The position numbers and the translations under genes are program-made. Positions 58,558-58,816 of a DNA stretch of 58,816 nt are shown in pieces. The number at the start of each line of letters is the position of its first letter. The first letter of the stretch is position 1. Below the pieces are notes generated by a model, which made no database searches, had not been told where the DNA came from, and saw only the letters and a program-made list of their open reading frames with translations. This DNA comes from Bdellovibrionales bacterium (GTDB lineage: Bacteria > Bdellovibrionota > Bdellovibrionia > Bdellovibrionales > Bdellovibrionaceae), in NCBI GenBank assembly GCA_031370005.1, contig JANMPT010000112.1, positions 1 to 58,816 on the forward strand, in the 5' to 3' direction.

Positions 58558-58816
58558 TCAGGAATAATCCTGAACCCGCAGTCGATAAACCCAGCGATTG
58601 AATCTATCCAAGTACTCTTGCCGAGCAAAGTAGCCCTTCTCAGCCTGCTCGCGATTGGCCTGAAAATAGCCTTTAAGCTGCATCTCTTCAAAAGAGCTTT
58701 TTAATACCCTCGTAAAGGCTAAGCCCTGCCAAAAGGGAGTCGAGAGTTTGCTTCCGCGATATGATTTAGTGATTTTTCGCGCAATAAGGCAAGTCACGGC
58801 TCGCAAGAAATTCTGA
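58558..58816 (-). CDS. C-terminal part of a hypothetical protein that appears to run off the window
   Basis: Open frame to the window edge ending ..RLRVQDYS*. Confidence 0.5.
   Translation of the reverse strand, partial: QNFLRAVTCLIARKITKSYRGSKLSTPFWQGLAFTRVLKSSFEEMQLKGYFQANREQAEKGYFARQEYLDRFNRWVYRLRVQDYS

Overview
Bacterial chromosome segment, very probably from a Bdellovibrionota (Bdellovibrio-like) organism. This is an inference from the TIGR02147/DUF4423 regulator, the spirochete/delta-type EF-G1 and the many secreted Cys-containing hypotheticals. Bases 1-~9990 are a mosaic, decaying accessory island at the 3' end of a tRNA-Pro(UGG) gene (10000-10076, minus strand). The island holds spliced fragments of IS91/ISCR-like, rve-type and IS21-type elements, a histidine kinase remnant, an orphan hicB, a LysR with a duplicated operator-like box, an XRE regulator, a RHH-PIN toxin-antitoxin pair and a GC-rich TIGR02147 + secreted-protein cassette. 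Bases ~10100-44800 are mostly housekeeping: rpsR, rpmB, rplX, nitrilase, ETF-QO, RlmL-like, a polysaccharide deacetylase, lpxD, infA, tex, topA, prc, E1 alpha/beta, pyrE, cutA, OmpA, an S1 protein, fusA, recQ and an RRM protein. The best candidate for an undescribed system is a minus-strand four-gene operon (45145-53228) with a clear sigma54-type promoter and its own terminator. It encodes a ~1100 aa secreted protein with an atypical-kinase-like N-terminus, translationally coupled to a ~1030 aa S8 protease that seems to lack a propeptide, followed by a lipoprotein and a PYPGNP-repeat protein. Other points of note are an unannotated 29 aa very basic ORF after tex and two paralogous small beta-barrels with a CxFxFxC loop. 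All calls come from reading motifs by eye; no searches were run. No CRISPR array, rRNA, reverse transcriptase or intact integrase was seen.
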